Shown piece after piece: positions 1 to 12,640 of a DNA stretch of 64,000 nucleotides (within the stretch, counting starts at the first letter, position 1; every line of letters begins with the position of its first letter). Position numbers and translations under genes: made by a program. The DNA comes from Isurus oxyrinchus (taxonomy: Eukaryota), in NCBI GenBank assembly GCA_026770705.1, contig JANJGN010000020.1:8122001-8186000 (forward strand), read 5' to 3'. Under the pieces are notes generated by a model. That model made no database searches. It was given only the letters and a program-made list of their open reading frames with translations, and was not told the origin of the DNA.

Positions 1-394
1 CTTGTGCTGGTGACACAGGATTTCTGAAGCATGGCTGCAAGCTGAAGGTAAAACTTCTGGGATTTGCAAAACAAAAACCATGGTTTTGGAGCCCGAACAG
101 CCTTTGCCTTTGGCTTAGGACCAGCTGCATGAGGCCCGCCCTGCAGGAACCTAAGAACACAGTGCAACATAAAGCCACCTTCACAATATCCTGTACCTTT
201 GGTCTGCAGCTTAAGCCTGAAGGCGGCACCTAGAGGTTGGAGTGAGGGAGGACTGGCCATTCTGTTCAGAGCTTGGTAGTTTTTTTTTATTGTGCTGTAT
301 TTTACAATAAAACTAACTTACAAATGTCTTAAATGCACTAAAGAGGCACTTTAAATTTATTTAGCTTTTAGTTTGCAGCATCACTGAAAATAAT

Positions 395-603
395 ATAAAT
401 GTATATTGACATACCACCTTTCACACCCTCGATGATCCAAAGCATTTCACAGCCAGTGAATTAATCTTTGTGTAATCACTGGACTACACTTCAAACAGAA
501 CATGAAATAAGTAACCAGCTAACCTGATTTATTTTTGATATGGGTTGAAGGAGGAACATTAACCAAGACACTGGGAGAATAGCCTGCTTTTTAATAGTGC
601 CAT
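395..603 (-). mobile_element. Decayed Deu-domain SINE (SacSINE1-like) fragment
   Basis: Reverse complement resembles the Deu core and L2-type tail; similar to the copies at 7495 and 46955. Confidence 0.5.
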
Positions 604-619
604 CAAATAATTTACTTCC

Positions 620-2685
620 TTCCATGGATAGTACCACAGGTAATGATAGAGAGATGGCAGAAATATTAAATAATTATTTAACTTCGGTATTTAGCAAAGA
701 GGTAGAACAGGTTGATATGACATTGAATGATATCAGCAAAGAGATAAGTGCATTTAAAATATATTTAAAAATGGGGGATGGACTGAATGAACTGAACAAA
801 CTCCGAGGATAAAGCCCCTGATCCTAATGGATTGCATCCACGTATTTTTAGAAGAATCTAGGGAAGAGAAATCAGAGGCATTATAAATATTTAATAATTA
901 ATTAGAAAAAGATGTAGTGCCAGAGGACTGGCCGATAGCTAATGTAATTCTTATGCTTAAGAAGAGGGACAAAACATGTCCAGGGAATTATAGATCAGTC
1001 AGCTTAACATCTGTGATAAGAAAAATAATACAACCCCTACTAAAGGAGAGAATAGAAAAACATGTAGAAATGAGAAATATAACAATGAATAGTCAGCATG
1101 GATTTCAAAAGGGAAACTTTTTACTTGACCAACCTTATTGAATTCATTTAGGAGGTAACAGAGAGAGTAGACAATGGTAATGCAGTAGATATAAGACCAT
1201 AGACATTGGAGCAGAAATTAGGCCATTCGGCCCATCAAGTCTGCTCCGCCATTCAATCATGGCTGACAAGTTTCTCAACCCCATTCTCCTGCCTTCTCCC
1301 CGTAACCTTTGATCCCCTTACCAATTAAGAACCTATCTATCTCGGTCTTAAATAAACTCAATGTCCTGGCCTCCACAGCCTTCTGTGGCAATGAATTCCA
1401 TAGATTCACCACTCTCTGGCTAAAGAAGTTTCTCCTCATCTCTGTTCTAAAAGGTCTTCCCTTTACTCTGAGGCTGTGCCCTTGGGTCCTAGTCTCTTCT
1501 ACTAATGGAAACATCTTCCCTACGTCCACTCTATCCAGGCCTTTCAGTATTCTGTAAGTTTCAATCAGATCCCCCCTCATCCTTCTAAACTCCATCGAGT
1601 ATAGACCCAGAGTCCTCAAACGTTCCTCATATGTTGAGCCTTTCATTCCTGGGATCATTCTCATGAACCTCCTCTGGACCCTGTCCAGGGCCAGCACATC
1701 CTTCCTGAGATATGGGGCCCAAAATTGCTCACAATATTCTAAATGTGGTCTGACCAGAGCCTTATAAAGCCTCAGCAGCACATCCCTGCTTTTATATTCT
1801 AGTCCTCTCGAAATAAATGCCAACATTGCATTTGCCTTCCTAACTACCGACTCAACCTGCAAGTTAGCCTTAAGAGAATCCTGGACTAGGACTCCCAAGT
1901 CTCTTTGCACTCCAGATTTCTGAATTCTCTCCCCATTTAGAAAATAGTCTGTGCCTCTATTCTTCCTAACAAAGTGCATGACCTCACACTTCCCCACGTT
2001 GTATTCCATCTGCCACTTCTTTGCCCATTCTCCTAACCTGTCTAAATCTTTCTGCAGCCTCCCCACTTCCTCAATACTACCTGACCCTCCACCTATCTTT
2101 GTATTATCTGCAAACTTAGCCAGAATGCCCTCAGTTCCTTCATCTAGATCATTATTGTATTAAATGAAAAGTTGTGATCCCAACACTGACCCCTGCGGAA
2201 CTCCACTAGTCACTGGCCGCCATCCTGAGAAGGACCCCCTTACCCCCACTCTCTGCCTCCTGCCAGACAGCCAATCTTCTATCCATGCTAGTTCCTTGCC
2301 TCTAACACCATGGGCTCTTATCTTACTGAGCAGCCTCCTCTGCGGCACCTTGTCAAAGGCCTTCTGGAAGTCCAAGTAGATAACACCCATTGGCCCTCCT
2401 TTGTCTAACCTGCTCATTACCTCCTCAAAGAATTCTAACAGATTTGTCAGGCATGACCTTCCCTTGATGTAATTTACCTGGATTTTCAAAAGGCCTCTGA
2501 TAAGGTGTCCCATATTAAACAAATGGATAAAGTTAGAGAATGCGGAGTCAGGTTGAAGTGAATAGTATAGATGCATAGATTTCGATGAGAGAAGACGAGC
2601 AGAAACTCGAGTGGATCATAAATACTGGAATGGACTGGTTGGGCCGAGTGGCCTGTTCCTGCTGTATTTCCTATGTATGTATGCA
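620..2685 (+). mobile_element. Old CR1 LINE RT fragment, split by a younger CR1
   Basis: Decayed motifs PEDWxxANV, PGNYRSVSLTSV and SQHGF, and AVD|VIYLDFQKA across the insertion; CR1-type 3' tail near 2640-2685. Confidence 0.8.
1191..2468 (-). mobile_element. Young 5'-truncated CR1 LINE (RT C-terminal half plus 3' UTR)
   Basis: ORFs 2160..2576 and 1275..2066 are one frame broken by a single TAA; motifs KGRSCLTNL, YLDFQKAFDKVP, GVPQGSVLG, FADNTK, RPHLEYC. Confidence 0.92.
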
Positions 2686-4806
2686 ATCCCCTGTCAGATA
2701 TTACTTCAAGTTTAACTATGACAGCATGATAGGGACACAGATTCCAACTAATAAAAGGAAAATTTCAATCTGATGCCAGGAAGGTCTTTACCCAGGGAGT
2801 GACTGGAAAGGACTTTGGATAGAAAACCCTGTTGGATGTTACAATGAGAACTCTAGGGCGTTTCATGAAAGATGAGCTAAGATCGGCCTTCCCCTCCCAT
2901 GTTTACCTTAGGACCTTGAGATAAGATACATACTTTTCTCGTTCTTCAGGCACAGGTGTCAATTTTTTTCTCCCACTTTTGATCCCAATTCTAACCACAG
3001 ATTTTGGATCTTCTCTTTTTTTCTTGTATTTATTCTGAACTGCCTTTGATTTTCTTTAAGATGATGGAGGTTAGGAGGGCAAACTGCTACTTAAATGTCT
3101 CAATATTTGTGGGGCAATAGGCAGCAGAAATTCCCTGCTGCACTATGAGGGCACAACTTGTGTACAAGACGCTTTCTGCTTTTAGCGCCAAACCAAAACC
3201 CAGATATCTAGTCCTGCATGTATATATGGTACTTGAAATGGCTGAGTGTTGTGTGTGTATATTTTCCTCCTTGCATATAAGAGCCCTATCTTCTCAATGA
3301 AGCACTGACAATGAGGGTTAATCTGGCTGAGCTCAAACACTCCAGGTGGTTCTGACTGCTGTGGGTTAGTAAGAGAAGTGTAGGCTGCAGCCTCAAGAAA
3401 AGCCCCCTGAACTTGTTGCTAGGAGACTTGACTAGATACTTTTAGCCATTTGTGTTATTTATAGATTTAAAAAAAAAATTGTCTGCCAGTGGTTGTGAAC
3501 ATGCAAGGCTTGTACAAATGCAAACTTCATTCAATGTGATTCTAAAGTCCCTTTTATCTTATTTCAACTCTTTGTACTTTCTTTTGTTTCCTTGTTGCAC
3601 ACCAGTGGCTTAGAGGATGTTTAGCTAGGCAAAGTTATGCTGCAGCGAAAAGACAAGCCAACAGTATAGTGGATCTCCTCGGGGCCTCTGAGCGAGCTGG
3701 CAGGGTAGCAGAATCCTTTGTCCCTGCTCTAGATTTACGGTGACCTTCAGGCACCGTGTTATTTTGGTCTACTTTGTGCTGCTTTATAAGTCAAATGAGA
3801 AGGTGATCACTGACCACACCATTTCTGATTCCTCGTACAGTCTCGGACACTTGGTTTAGCTGCAGCTTTCAAAGATTAGCAGTGTGGATGACAATAGGAA
3901 TTCAAATCCCTGTTACGAATCATTGAGCCTGCTCATCATTTAACCAGGACACCTGGTTCATTCTAATTCCCTCCTGCCTTTTCCCTGTATCCCTTAGTAG
4001 TTCTAAAGCAAGGATTTGAGTGTAGAAGTCTGAGCAAAGGCGGTGTCAGGTTGCTTAGAGTTAGAATGGGCAAAATTAGCAACTGGGCAAAAACTGCGAA
4101 TAAGTGGCAACAAGGCAATGTCTGGGGATGTGTAGGCTCCCCTCACCCCCCCCAAAAAAAAAAAAAATTTTAAAAGGTAATAAAATGGCCATTGTCAGTT
4201 CTTGGAAAGCAACTGTAGATTTTCATCACTTGAACTTTGCAGTAATGGGACAGACACAGGTGAAAACCAACCATTATTGTGGGGAGGGGGGAGTGATCCT
4301 CGGTCGAACGAAAAGGAAGACATTTCGGAAGCGCTGGTGTGGGAGGTGACATCGCCAGCAGATGCGACGGAGAAACTGAAGCATGGGGATGAAGTCTTTC
4401 AAGGAAGCTGGGTGGGCAGAAATATAATCAAGGTGGCTGCGGGAATCAACTGGCTTACAGTAGTACGGTATTTAATGAACTCTTGATGGAAATAAACCCA
4501 TATATTTAAAATAGAAAGCATTAATTATAAAGCAATCAGGTTATTTTAAATTGATGCTGTAAATTAAACAACTTAATGCTTTTATGAAGTATTCACAGCA
4601 CAGAAACGGGCCATTCAGCCCACCATGTCCCTGCAGGTGTTTGTGTTCCACATAAACCATTTTAAACGCCTTTATCAAAATGTCAGTGATTTTTCTAACT
4701 GTTTCACTGGCCAATGCAGCCATGATCTTTTCTGGTGTTAGCTCTGAAATGTAATGTTTACCCTTTGCGGACAATTTCTAACTGCCTGTCATTTTATGGT
4801 TGACAG

Positions 4807-5415
4807 AAAATATGTGATGAATTGCTGAAAGTGCTGCAGAAAGACCTGGGACCATCCTGTCAAACCACCTGTTTAGAAACGATCCGTATTCTCTCCAGGG
4901 ACAAGAAGGTTTTGGCTCCTTTGACGACCAGGCCGGCAATGCTGGCCCTAATGAGGCTGGCTGGATTGGAGGATACGCAAAGTTCGGTGCAGGAGATGTC
5001 CAATTTTAGTGTTAAAGTTGAGGCTTTAAAATGTCTGTGCAACATTGTATTCAACAGTGAGAAGGCACAGCGACTTAGTGTGGACTTTAAGCTCGCCGTT
5101 GGAGTATGTGAGCGCTTAAAGATGCACAGAGACAAAAACCTGTCTCATGAGATTAAGTTCTTTGACTTGCGCCTCCTTTTCCTACTGTCAGCATTGCAGA
5201 CGGACATCAGGGCTCAGCTAAAGGAAGAACAGGGGCTACTGTTGCTGACCGATATCCTAGAGAACACACTGGACATCAAGTGGTCAGATAAATATGTGGT
5301 AGACACAGATTGCAGGCATCCTCCCTTGTCTAAAGAGCAGGCAGATTTTGCCATGGAGGCACTAAAAGCTCTCTTTAACGTCACCTATGACTGCAGCCAG
5401 AAGAAAATTGATGAC
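4807..5415 (+). CDS. RIC8B: RIC8B (G-alpha chaperone/GEF) large internal coding exon, equivalent to exon 3 (609 bp)
   Basis: Acceptor tgacag|AAAATA, donor GAC|gtaagt. Translates KICDELLKVL...ILSRDKKVLAP...EALKCLCNIVFNS...FDLRLLFLLS...EALKALFNVT...KKIDD. ILSRDKKVL and EALKALFNVT are RIC8B-type, not RIC8A-type. Confidence 0.93.
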
Positions 5416-6014
5416 GTAAGTTTCCCATTTTTATCTAATGCTTCATGGCTCTGTGCCCAGATATTCGGACAAGAGAACAGATGTTTGAGAGATTATATCG
5501 TGTTACACTCTGAAGATCTTGCTAGGCTGAGGTACAAGAAACAATAGAAGACCTGGTATTGGAGCTGAGGGGGCATGATGATTCATTATATTGGAACGAT
5601 TCTGTAGGTCAGGGGAGAGAGAGTATTAAATGCACAGTTAAAGGTTTCATTGCTAGAACTTCCATAGTTAAATATACAGATGCCATGCTAATGATATAAG
5701 TGAATGTGGTCTGTTTTGGAATATGGGCTTTATGTTAATAAAACACTTGATTGATCCTCATACTTTAATTAGTTCCCTCCTTCGAGGTGCTATTCTAGAA
5801 GAAAACATTCTAAACTATTTTTGAAACATTTTATTCTATAGTTAAGCACAAACTGAAATTAAGTGGTGAGAGGAGGGAGCCAAACTCTGCTGCTCTTGTG
5901 CACAGTGTTTCTTCATCTCTCTTCCTGCAGCCCCTTAGTTTTATACCATTGACCTTGCTGTAGATGCAATTGGTAGCATACCCATCTAGGAATGTACTTT
6001 ACAGAACAGTTGCA

Positions 6015-7480
6015 AAAGCTGCAAAAGGCAAGGCTGAAGCATTTGCTACAATCTTCAGTCAGAAGTGCTGAGTGGATGATCCATCTTGGCCTCCTCCTGA
6101 GTTCCCCAGTGTCACAGATGCCAGTCTTCAGACAATTTGATTCGCTCCACGTGAGATCAAGAAATGGCTAAAGGCACTGGATACTGCAACGGCTGTGGGC
6201 CCTGACAACATTCCAGCAATAGTACTGAAGATCTGTGCTCTAGAACTAGCTGCGCACTTAGCCCAAGCCGTTTCAAAACAGATACAACACTGGCACCTAC
6301 CCAGCAATGTGGAAAACTGTCCAGGTATGTCCTGTCCACAAAAAACAGGACAAATCCAACCTGGCCAATTACCGCCCCATGAGTCTAGTGTCCATCATCA
6401 GAAAAGTGATGGAGGGGGAGTCCTTGACAGTGCTATCAAGCGGCACTTTATAGTCCCTCAACTCCTGACCTCATTGCAGCCTTGGCCCAAACTTGGACAA
6501 AAGAGCTGAACTCCTGAGGTGAGCTGAGAGTGACTGCTCTTGACATCAAGGCAGCATTTGACCAAGTGTGGCATTAAGGAAGCCTAGCAAAACTGGAGTC
6601 AATGGGAATCAGGGGGAAAGATCTCCGCTGGTTGGCATCGTATCTGGCACAAAGAAAGATGGTTATGGTTGTTGGTCAATCATCTCAGTCCCAGGACGTT
6701 GATGCAGGAGTTCCTCTGGGTAGTGTCCTCGGTTCAACCATCATAATCTGGAGAGAACACCAGTGGGGATGTTGGCAGATGATTGCACAATGTTCACCAT
6801 TCACAACTCTTCAGATATTGATGCAGTCTGTGTCCTTATGCAGCAAGACTTGGACAACGTTCAGGCTTGGGCTGATTAGTGGCAAGTAATGATTGCGCCA
6901 CACAAGTGCCAGGCAATGACTAACTCCAACAAGAGAGAATCCAACCATCTCCCCTTGACATTCAATGGCATTACCATTGCCGAATCCCCGCTATCAACAT
7001 CCTTAGGGTTACCATTGACCAGAAACTGAACTGGACTAGCCATATAAATACGGTGGCTACAAGAGCAGGTCAGAGGCTGGGAATTCTGTGGCAAGTAACT
7101 CACTTCCTGACTTCCCAAAGTCTGCCCATGATCTACAAGGCACAAGTCAGCAGTGTGATGGAATACTCTTCACTTATCTGGATGAAAGCAGCTCCAACAA
7201 CACTGGAGCTCAACACCATTTAGGACAAAGCAGCCTACACCACCACCAGCAAGTTCCCCTCCAAGCAACTCACCATCCTGACTTGGAACTATATCGCTGT
7301 TCTGTCATTGTTGCTGGGTCAAAATCCTGGAACTCCCTCGCTAACAGTGCTTTGGGTGTACCCACTGCTGTGGTTCAAGAAGGCAGCTCACCACCACCTT
7401 CTCAAGGGTAATTAGGGATGGGCAGTAAAATTGCTAGCCTAGTCAGCAAGGCCCACGTCTTGTGAAAGCTTAAAAAAAAT
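6015..7480 (+). mobile_element. CR1-group APE-RT LINE, second family ('family B'), 3' part
   Basis: GPDNIPAIVLK and AGVPLGSVLG; ends in the tail caccttctcaagggtaattagggatgggcag... Confidence 0.85.
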
Positions 7481-7494
7481 TGTAACTCACGTGT

Positions 7495-7880
7495 TACCTT
7501 GGCTCAGTGGTAACACTCTCAGCTCTGAGGTAGTAGGCCATGGGGTCAAGCCACAGTCTAGCTCTTGAGCATTAAGCTGCCTCACCAGGGCAGTACGTGG
7601 CAAGCTGTACATGGTCAGAATTGCCATCTCTGGGGTACAACCTTAAGCTGAGGCTTCTCTACCTTTTTTGAAGTGGATGTAAAACGTCCATCAGGATTAT
7701 TCAGAGAGCACCAGGGAATTTGTCCAGTGTCCCGCATTTATCCTCCTGACTCAACTCTATCATTCACTTCATTGCTGTTTTGTGGGCTGATAGGTTTACC
7801 TATAAGACAGTGACATTTTAGAAATAATTGGCAATAAAACACGTTGAGACATGAAGGTGGGAAAATACAGTTCCTTTCTC
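7495..7880 (+). mobile_element. Decayed Deu-domain SINE (SacSINE1-like)
   Basis: tRNA-like head (tggctcagtggta), then gtggatgtaaaa...agagcaccagggaatt...attgctgttttgtggg core. Confidence 0.6.
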
Positions 7881-8112
7881 TTATACTCAGGTGTCGTTAA
7901 TTGTGTGGACTGCTTTGAGCTCTTTCAATATGTAAGTGTGACACAGCCGTGTCATTTCCACTCTGGTGATGCCCCTGCCATTAGAGAACTCCTGAGCAGC
8001 CTCAAGCTGAGTGAAGCTGTTCTAACATTAGACAGATCCCTGTAATTGATGCATGTTACTAATAGCCTAACTAGATGGACCGATAAGTCTGAAACAGGTT
8101 TATGGTTAACTT

Positions 8113-8297
8113 AGAATAGAAAATGCTGGAAAAACTCAGCAGGTCTGGCAGCACCTGTAGAGAGAGAAAGATGGAGTCATACAGACTTGAAACGTTAACT
8201 CTGTTTCTCACTCCACAGATGCAAACCACTTGAGTTTTTCCAGCATTTTCTGTTTTTATTTCAGATTTCCAGCATCCCAGTATTTTGCTTTTATTAT
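8113..8297. mobile_element. Penelope-derived short inverted-repeat element
   Basis: gaaaatgctggaaaaactcag... mirrored by ...gagtttttccagcattttc; related to the elements at 33029, 38555 and 44245. Confidence 0.7.
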
Positions 8298-8319
8298 GAT
8301 AAAATGGATGTTGTCTACA

Positions 8320-9175
8320 AAGAACATAATATAAGAAATAGGTGCATGTGTAGGCCATACAGCCCTTCGGGCCTGCTCCACCTTTTAATAAGATCGTGAC
8401 TTCGAACCCACTTTCCCACCCAATCTTCATATCATTTTATTTCCTTAGAGTCCAAAAACCTACTAATCTCAGCCTTGAAAACACTCTGAGCATCCACAGC
8501 CCGCTGGAGTAGATGAAGAAACTCCTCCTTATCTCAGTCCTAAATGGCTGACCCTTGTCCTGAGACTACACTCCCGAGTTCTAAACTCACTAGCCACTGA
8601 AACGCGGTCAGCATCTACCCTGTCAAGCCGCCTTAAAATCCTATATGTTTCAGTGAGGCCATCTCTCATTTTTCTAAACCTCAGCGAGTATAGGCCCATT
8701 CTACTCGATCTCTCCTCATACAACAATCCTCTCATCCCAGGGGTCAGTCTAGTGAACCTTTATTGACTCCCCTCTTAGGCAAGTATATCCTTTCTTCAGT
8801 AAGAAGACCAAAACTGTTTAAAAAAGGAAACTACAAAGCCTTGTACAATTACAGTAAGATTTCTTTTACTTTTGTAGCCCAACCCCTTTGCAATGAAGAC
8901 CAACATTGACAGCTTCTTTTTGAACCTAAATAGTGACTTTGTGTTCCTTGTACAAGGACATCCAAATCCCTCTGAATACCAACATTTAATAGTTTTTCAT
9001 CATTAAAAAAATAAAATTCTGTTTCGCTCCTCCTTTCAAAGTGAATAACCTCACATTTCACCACAGGACATTCCATCAGTCAGTATCATGTCCACTTATT
9101 TAATCCCTATCTTTATCTCTTTGCAAACTCTTTGTGCCCTCAAAGCTTACTTTCCCACCTAGTTTTGTATCAGAA
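8320..9175 (-). mobile_element. CR1 3' fragment
   Basis: Decayed KCEVIHF and LTETYRILRRLDRVD; CR1 3' tail near 8320-8400. Confidence 0.8.
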
Positions 9176-9874
9176 GGAGAGTATTTTGAATAAAAAGTGC
9201 TCCACCAACTATTCTCTTGCAGTTTGTTAAATGGGATCTGAACGTAAGTAACTTTACAATCATATTATTGGGCAAAGTAACATGTTTAAAATCCATTAAA
9301 TTTGTCACATTAACTTAAAGCCATATTCTAACATAAATCATGAACTCAGCTAGGTCCTGAATTGGTGATGTAGGAGACGAAGGCAGAGCTACTTCTTGAG
9401 TTCTCTGCCTGAAGGCAGGTCTGACCCACAGCACCACGACCTCCACCATGGGTAAGGCAAGGAGGCAGGACCCAAATCCATCCCAGCTGGAACAGGGATC
9501 GAATTCCATGCTGCTTGCACCAATCCACACCAACCATCCAGCCAACTGAACCAACACCACCATCACTCCCTGGCCACCACTGTGGCAACATGCACTTCTT
9601 ATAAGCATGCTGTAGTCTGGAGCTATGGATAGTGATGGTAGAGGCTCTGATTCCTTTCCATCACATGGCTGACCAGAAACCACCCCCCGACACTTACCAC
9701 CTGCTATTGTCGTGTGTTAGAAGGATTTACAAGTTGACACTCAACCTCTTTGGCTGCTTTATGAATGCACCTTCTTTGGCCATCAATCCTGGGACTTGAA
9801 CCAGGAGCTTCTGGCTCAGAAACAGGGGCATTACCCACTGCACTGCAAGATCTCCTTGAGGGCCTGTCTAATAT

Positions 9875-12105
9875 AACATACAAGTTAGGAGCAGGGGTTA
9901 GGCCATTTAGCCCCTCGAGCCAGCTCTGCCATTAAATAAGACCATGGTTGATCTGATTGTGGCCTCAACTCCACATCCCATCTACCTCCGATAACCTTTG
10001 TTTCCCTTGTTAATCAAGAATCTACCTCTGCCCAGGTCCCTCTGCATCTCAGAGTTCTGTAACCACTCTCCATGGAAATAATATACTGCTTTTCAATTCT
10101 TTCTGCCAAAGTGGACAAGTTCACATTTTCCCACATTATCCTCCCATCTGCCAATTTTTTGCCCACTCACTTAACCTATCTATATCCCTTTGCAGACTCC
10201 TTATGTCCTCTTTATAACTTATTTTCCCACCTGTCTTTGTGTCATCAGCAAATTTAGCAACAATACAAGCAAGTCATTGATATAAATAGTTGAGGCCTCA
10301 GCACTGATCCCTATGGTACTCCACTCACCACATCTTGCCAACCCAAAAATATCCCTACTCTCTGCTTCCTGTTAGCTAAGCAGTCCTGTATCTGTGCTAA
10401 TATGTTACCCTCTAATACCATGAGCTCTTATTTTGGGTAGTAACCTTTGATGTGGCACCTTGTCAAGTGCCTTCTGGAAATCTAAGTACAGCACATCCAC
10501 ACGTTCCCCTTTATCCACATTGCTTGCTATTTCCTCAAAGAGCTCCACTACATTAGTCAAACATGATTCACTGTCGTAAAACCATGTTGACTCCTGATTG
10601 CATTGCCATTTTCAAAGTGCCCCCCTGTAACCTCCTTAATAGATTCTAGCAATTCCTCAATGACAGATGTTAAGCTAACTGGCCTGCATTCTGTCTCCTT
10701 CTTTCTTGAATAGAGGGAGTTACATTCGCTATTTTCCATTCTGACGGGACCTTTCCTGAATAAGGGCATTTTGGAAAATTAAAACCAATGCATTTCCTAT
10801 TTCTGCAGCCACTTGGTTAAGGTTCCAGGATGAAGTCCATCAGGATCTGGGACCGTGACAGTTTTTAGTTCTAATAATTTTCTCAGTATGCTTTACCTGG
10901 TGATTGTAATTGTTTCAAATTCCTCCCTCTCTTTCACCTCCTGATTCACAATTATTTCTGGAATGTTATTTGTATCCTGTACAGTGAAAACAAATGCAAA
11001 ATGTCTGTTCAATTCACTTGCCATTTCCTTATTTTCCATTACTAATTCCCCATTCTCACTCTCTAAAGGGCCGATACTCAATTTGCTTACTTTTTTCCTT
11101 AACAGGTACCTGTGGAAGCTCTCCCTATCTGTTTTATATTTCTAGCTAGCTTTCTCTAATTTTTCCTTTCTTATTAATCTTTTATTCATTCTTTGCTGTC
11201 CTTTATATTCTACCCAATCTTCTGAACTGCCACTCATCTTTGTGGAATTATACTCTTTCAATTTGATACTATCTGTAACTTCTTTAGCTAGCCATGAATG
11301 GTGTGTCCTTCTGTTAGTCTTTCTTTCTCAGTGGAATATATCTTTTCTGAGTATTCTGCAATATTTCCTTAAATATCTGTGTCTGCATCACTACTGACCT
11401 ATCCCTTAACATAATTTTCCACTTCATTTTAGCCAGCTCTGTCATTATGCCCTTATAATTGCCCTCATTTAGGTTTCAAATGCTAGTCTTAGATCCACTC
11501 CTCTCTCCCTCAGACTGAAGGTGAAATTCAATCATATTATGATCACTGCTACCTAGGGACACCTTCACTGCCAGGTAATTAATTAATCCTGTCTCATTGC
11601 ACGTTACCAGATCCAACATAGCCTGCTCTCTGGTTGCTGTTAAATCACGCTGATCTAAGAAACTGTCCAGAACACACACTATTAATTCATTATCCAAGCT
11701 ACCTTTGCCAATCTGCTTTGTCCAATCTATATGTAGATTAAATCACCCACGATGATTGTTGTACCTTTCTCACAAGCCCTCATTATTTCTTCCTATACAT
11801 TCCATCCTACAGTGTGGTGACTGTGAGAGGGGCCTATAAACCACTCCCACAAGTGACTTCTTACTTTTACTATTTCTCATCTCTATCCAAACTGATTCTA
11901 CATCTTGATCTCCAGAAGCAAGGTCATCTCTCTGTATTGTGCCAATGTCATCTTTAATTAACAGAGCTACCCCTCCACCTTTTCCTAGTTTCATGCCCTT
12001 CTTAAAAGTCATGTACCCTTGAATATTCAAGCCCCAGTGTTTGTCATCTTGCAGATATGTCTCTATAATGGCTATTGTATCATATATACCAACATGCATA
12101 TACAT
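9875..12105 (-). mobile_element. Decayed CR1 ORF2 (APE and RT)
   Basis: IAIIETYLQ, GGGVALLIK, GVVYRP, LGSSDHNMIEF, RPVSLTSV, SQHGF. Confidence 0.85.
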
Positions 12106-12428
12106 AAGAGATTAGCGTGTAAAATTAAAGTGCATGGGATTGGGAGTAGTGTATTGAGATAGATAGAAAACTGGTTGGCAGATAGGAAATAAAGAGTAGG
12201 AACAAACGGGTCTTTTTCCGAATGGCAGGCAGTGACTAGTGGAGTACCACAGGATCGGTGCTGAGACCCCCCAGCTATTCACAATATATATATATATATT
12301 AATGATTTAGATGAGGGAACTAAATGTAATGTCTCCAAATTTGCAGATGTCACAAAGCTGGATGGGGGGGTGGTGAGCTGTGAGGAGGATGAAAAATGCT
12401 TCAGTGTGATTTGGATAAGCTGAGTGGA
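12106..12428 (+). mobile_element. CR1 RT fragment
   Basis: DNA motifs for WIENWL, SGVPQ and INDLDEGTKCNVSKFAD. Confidence 0.75.
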
Positions 12429-12545
12429 GAGTATTCTCCTGATGCCATTTCCACTGGCTAAACAATAAGGAACTCTTTCCTATATATCAGAGCTTTACTT
12501 GCTAGTAAAAAGTTTATTTTATTAACGCTAATTTCTCTCGGGCAG

Positions 12546-12640
12546 GATGACATCCATCAGTACAGACACCTTGCTGCTATTCTATGCCACTGTTTGCTAT
12601 TGAAGACCCAGACTGAAGACAAAACTGAAGAATTTCATAG
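12546..12640 (+). CDS. RIC8B: RIC8B coding exon (95 bp)
   Basis: ggcag|GAT...CATAG|gtgagt; DDIHQYRHLAAILCHCLLLKTQTEDKTEEFH(S); phase 0 to 2 fits its neighbours. Confidence 0.92.

Noticed and set aside
1-4806. RIC8B first coding exons or promoter
   Set aside because: I found no matching N-terminal peptide or CpG island; they are probably upstream of the window.
5416-5547. C-terminal part of ORF 4822..5547
   Set aside because: It is intron readthrough past a strong gtaagt donor; Ric-8 similarity resumes at 12546.
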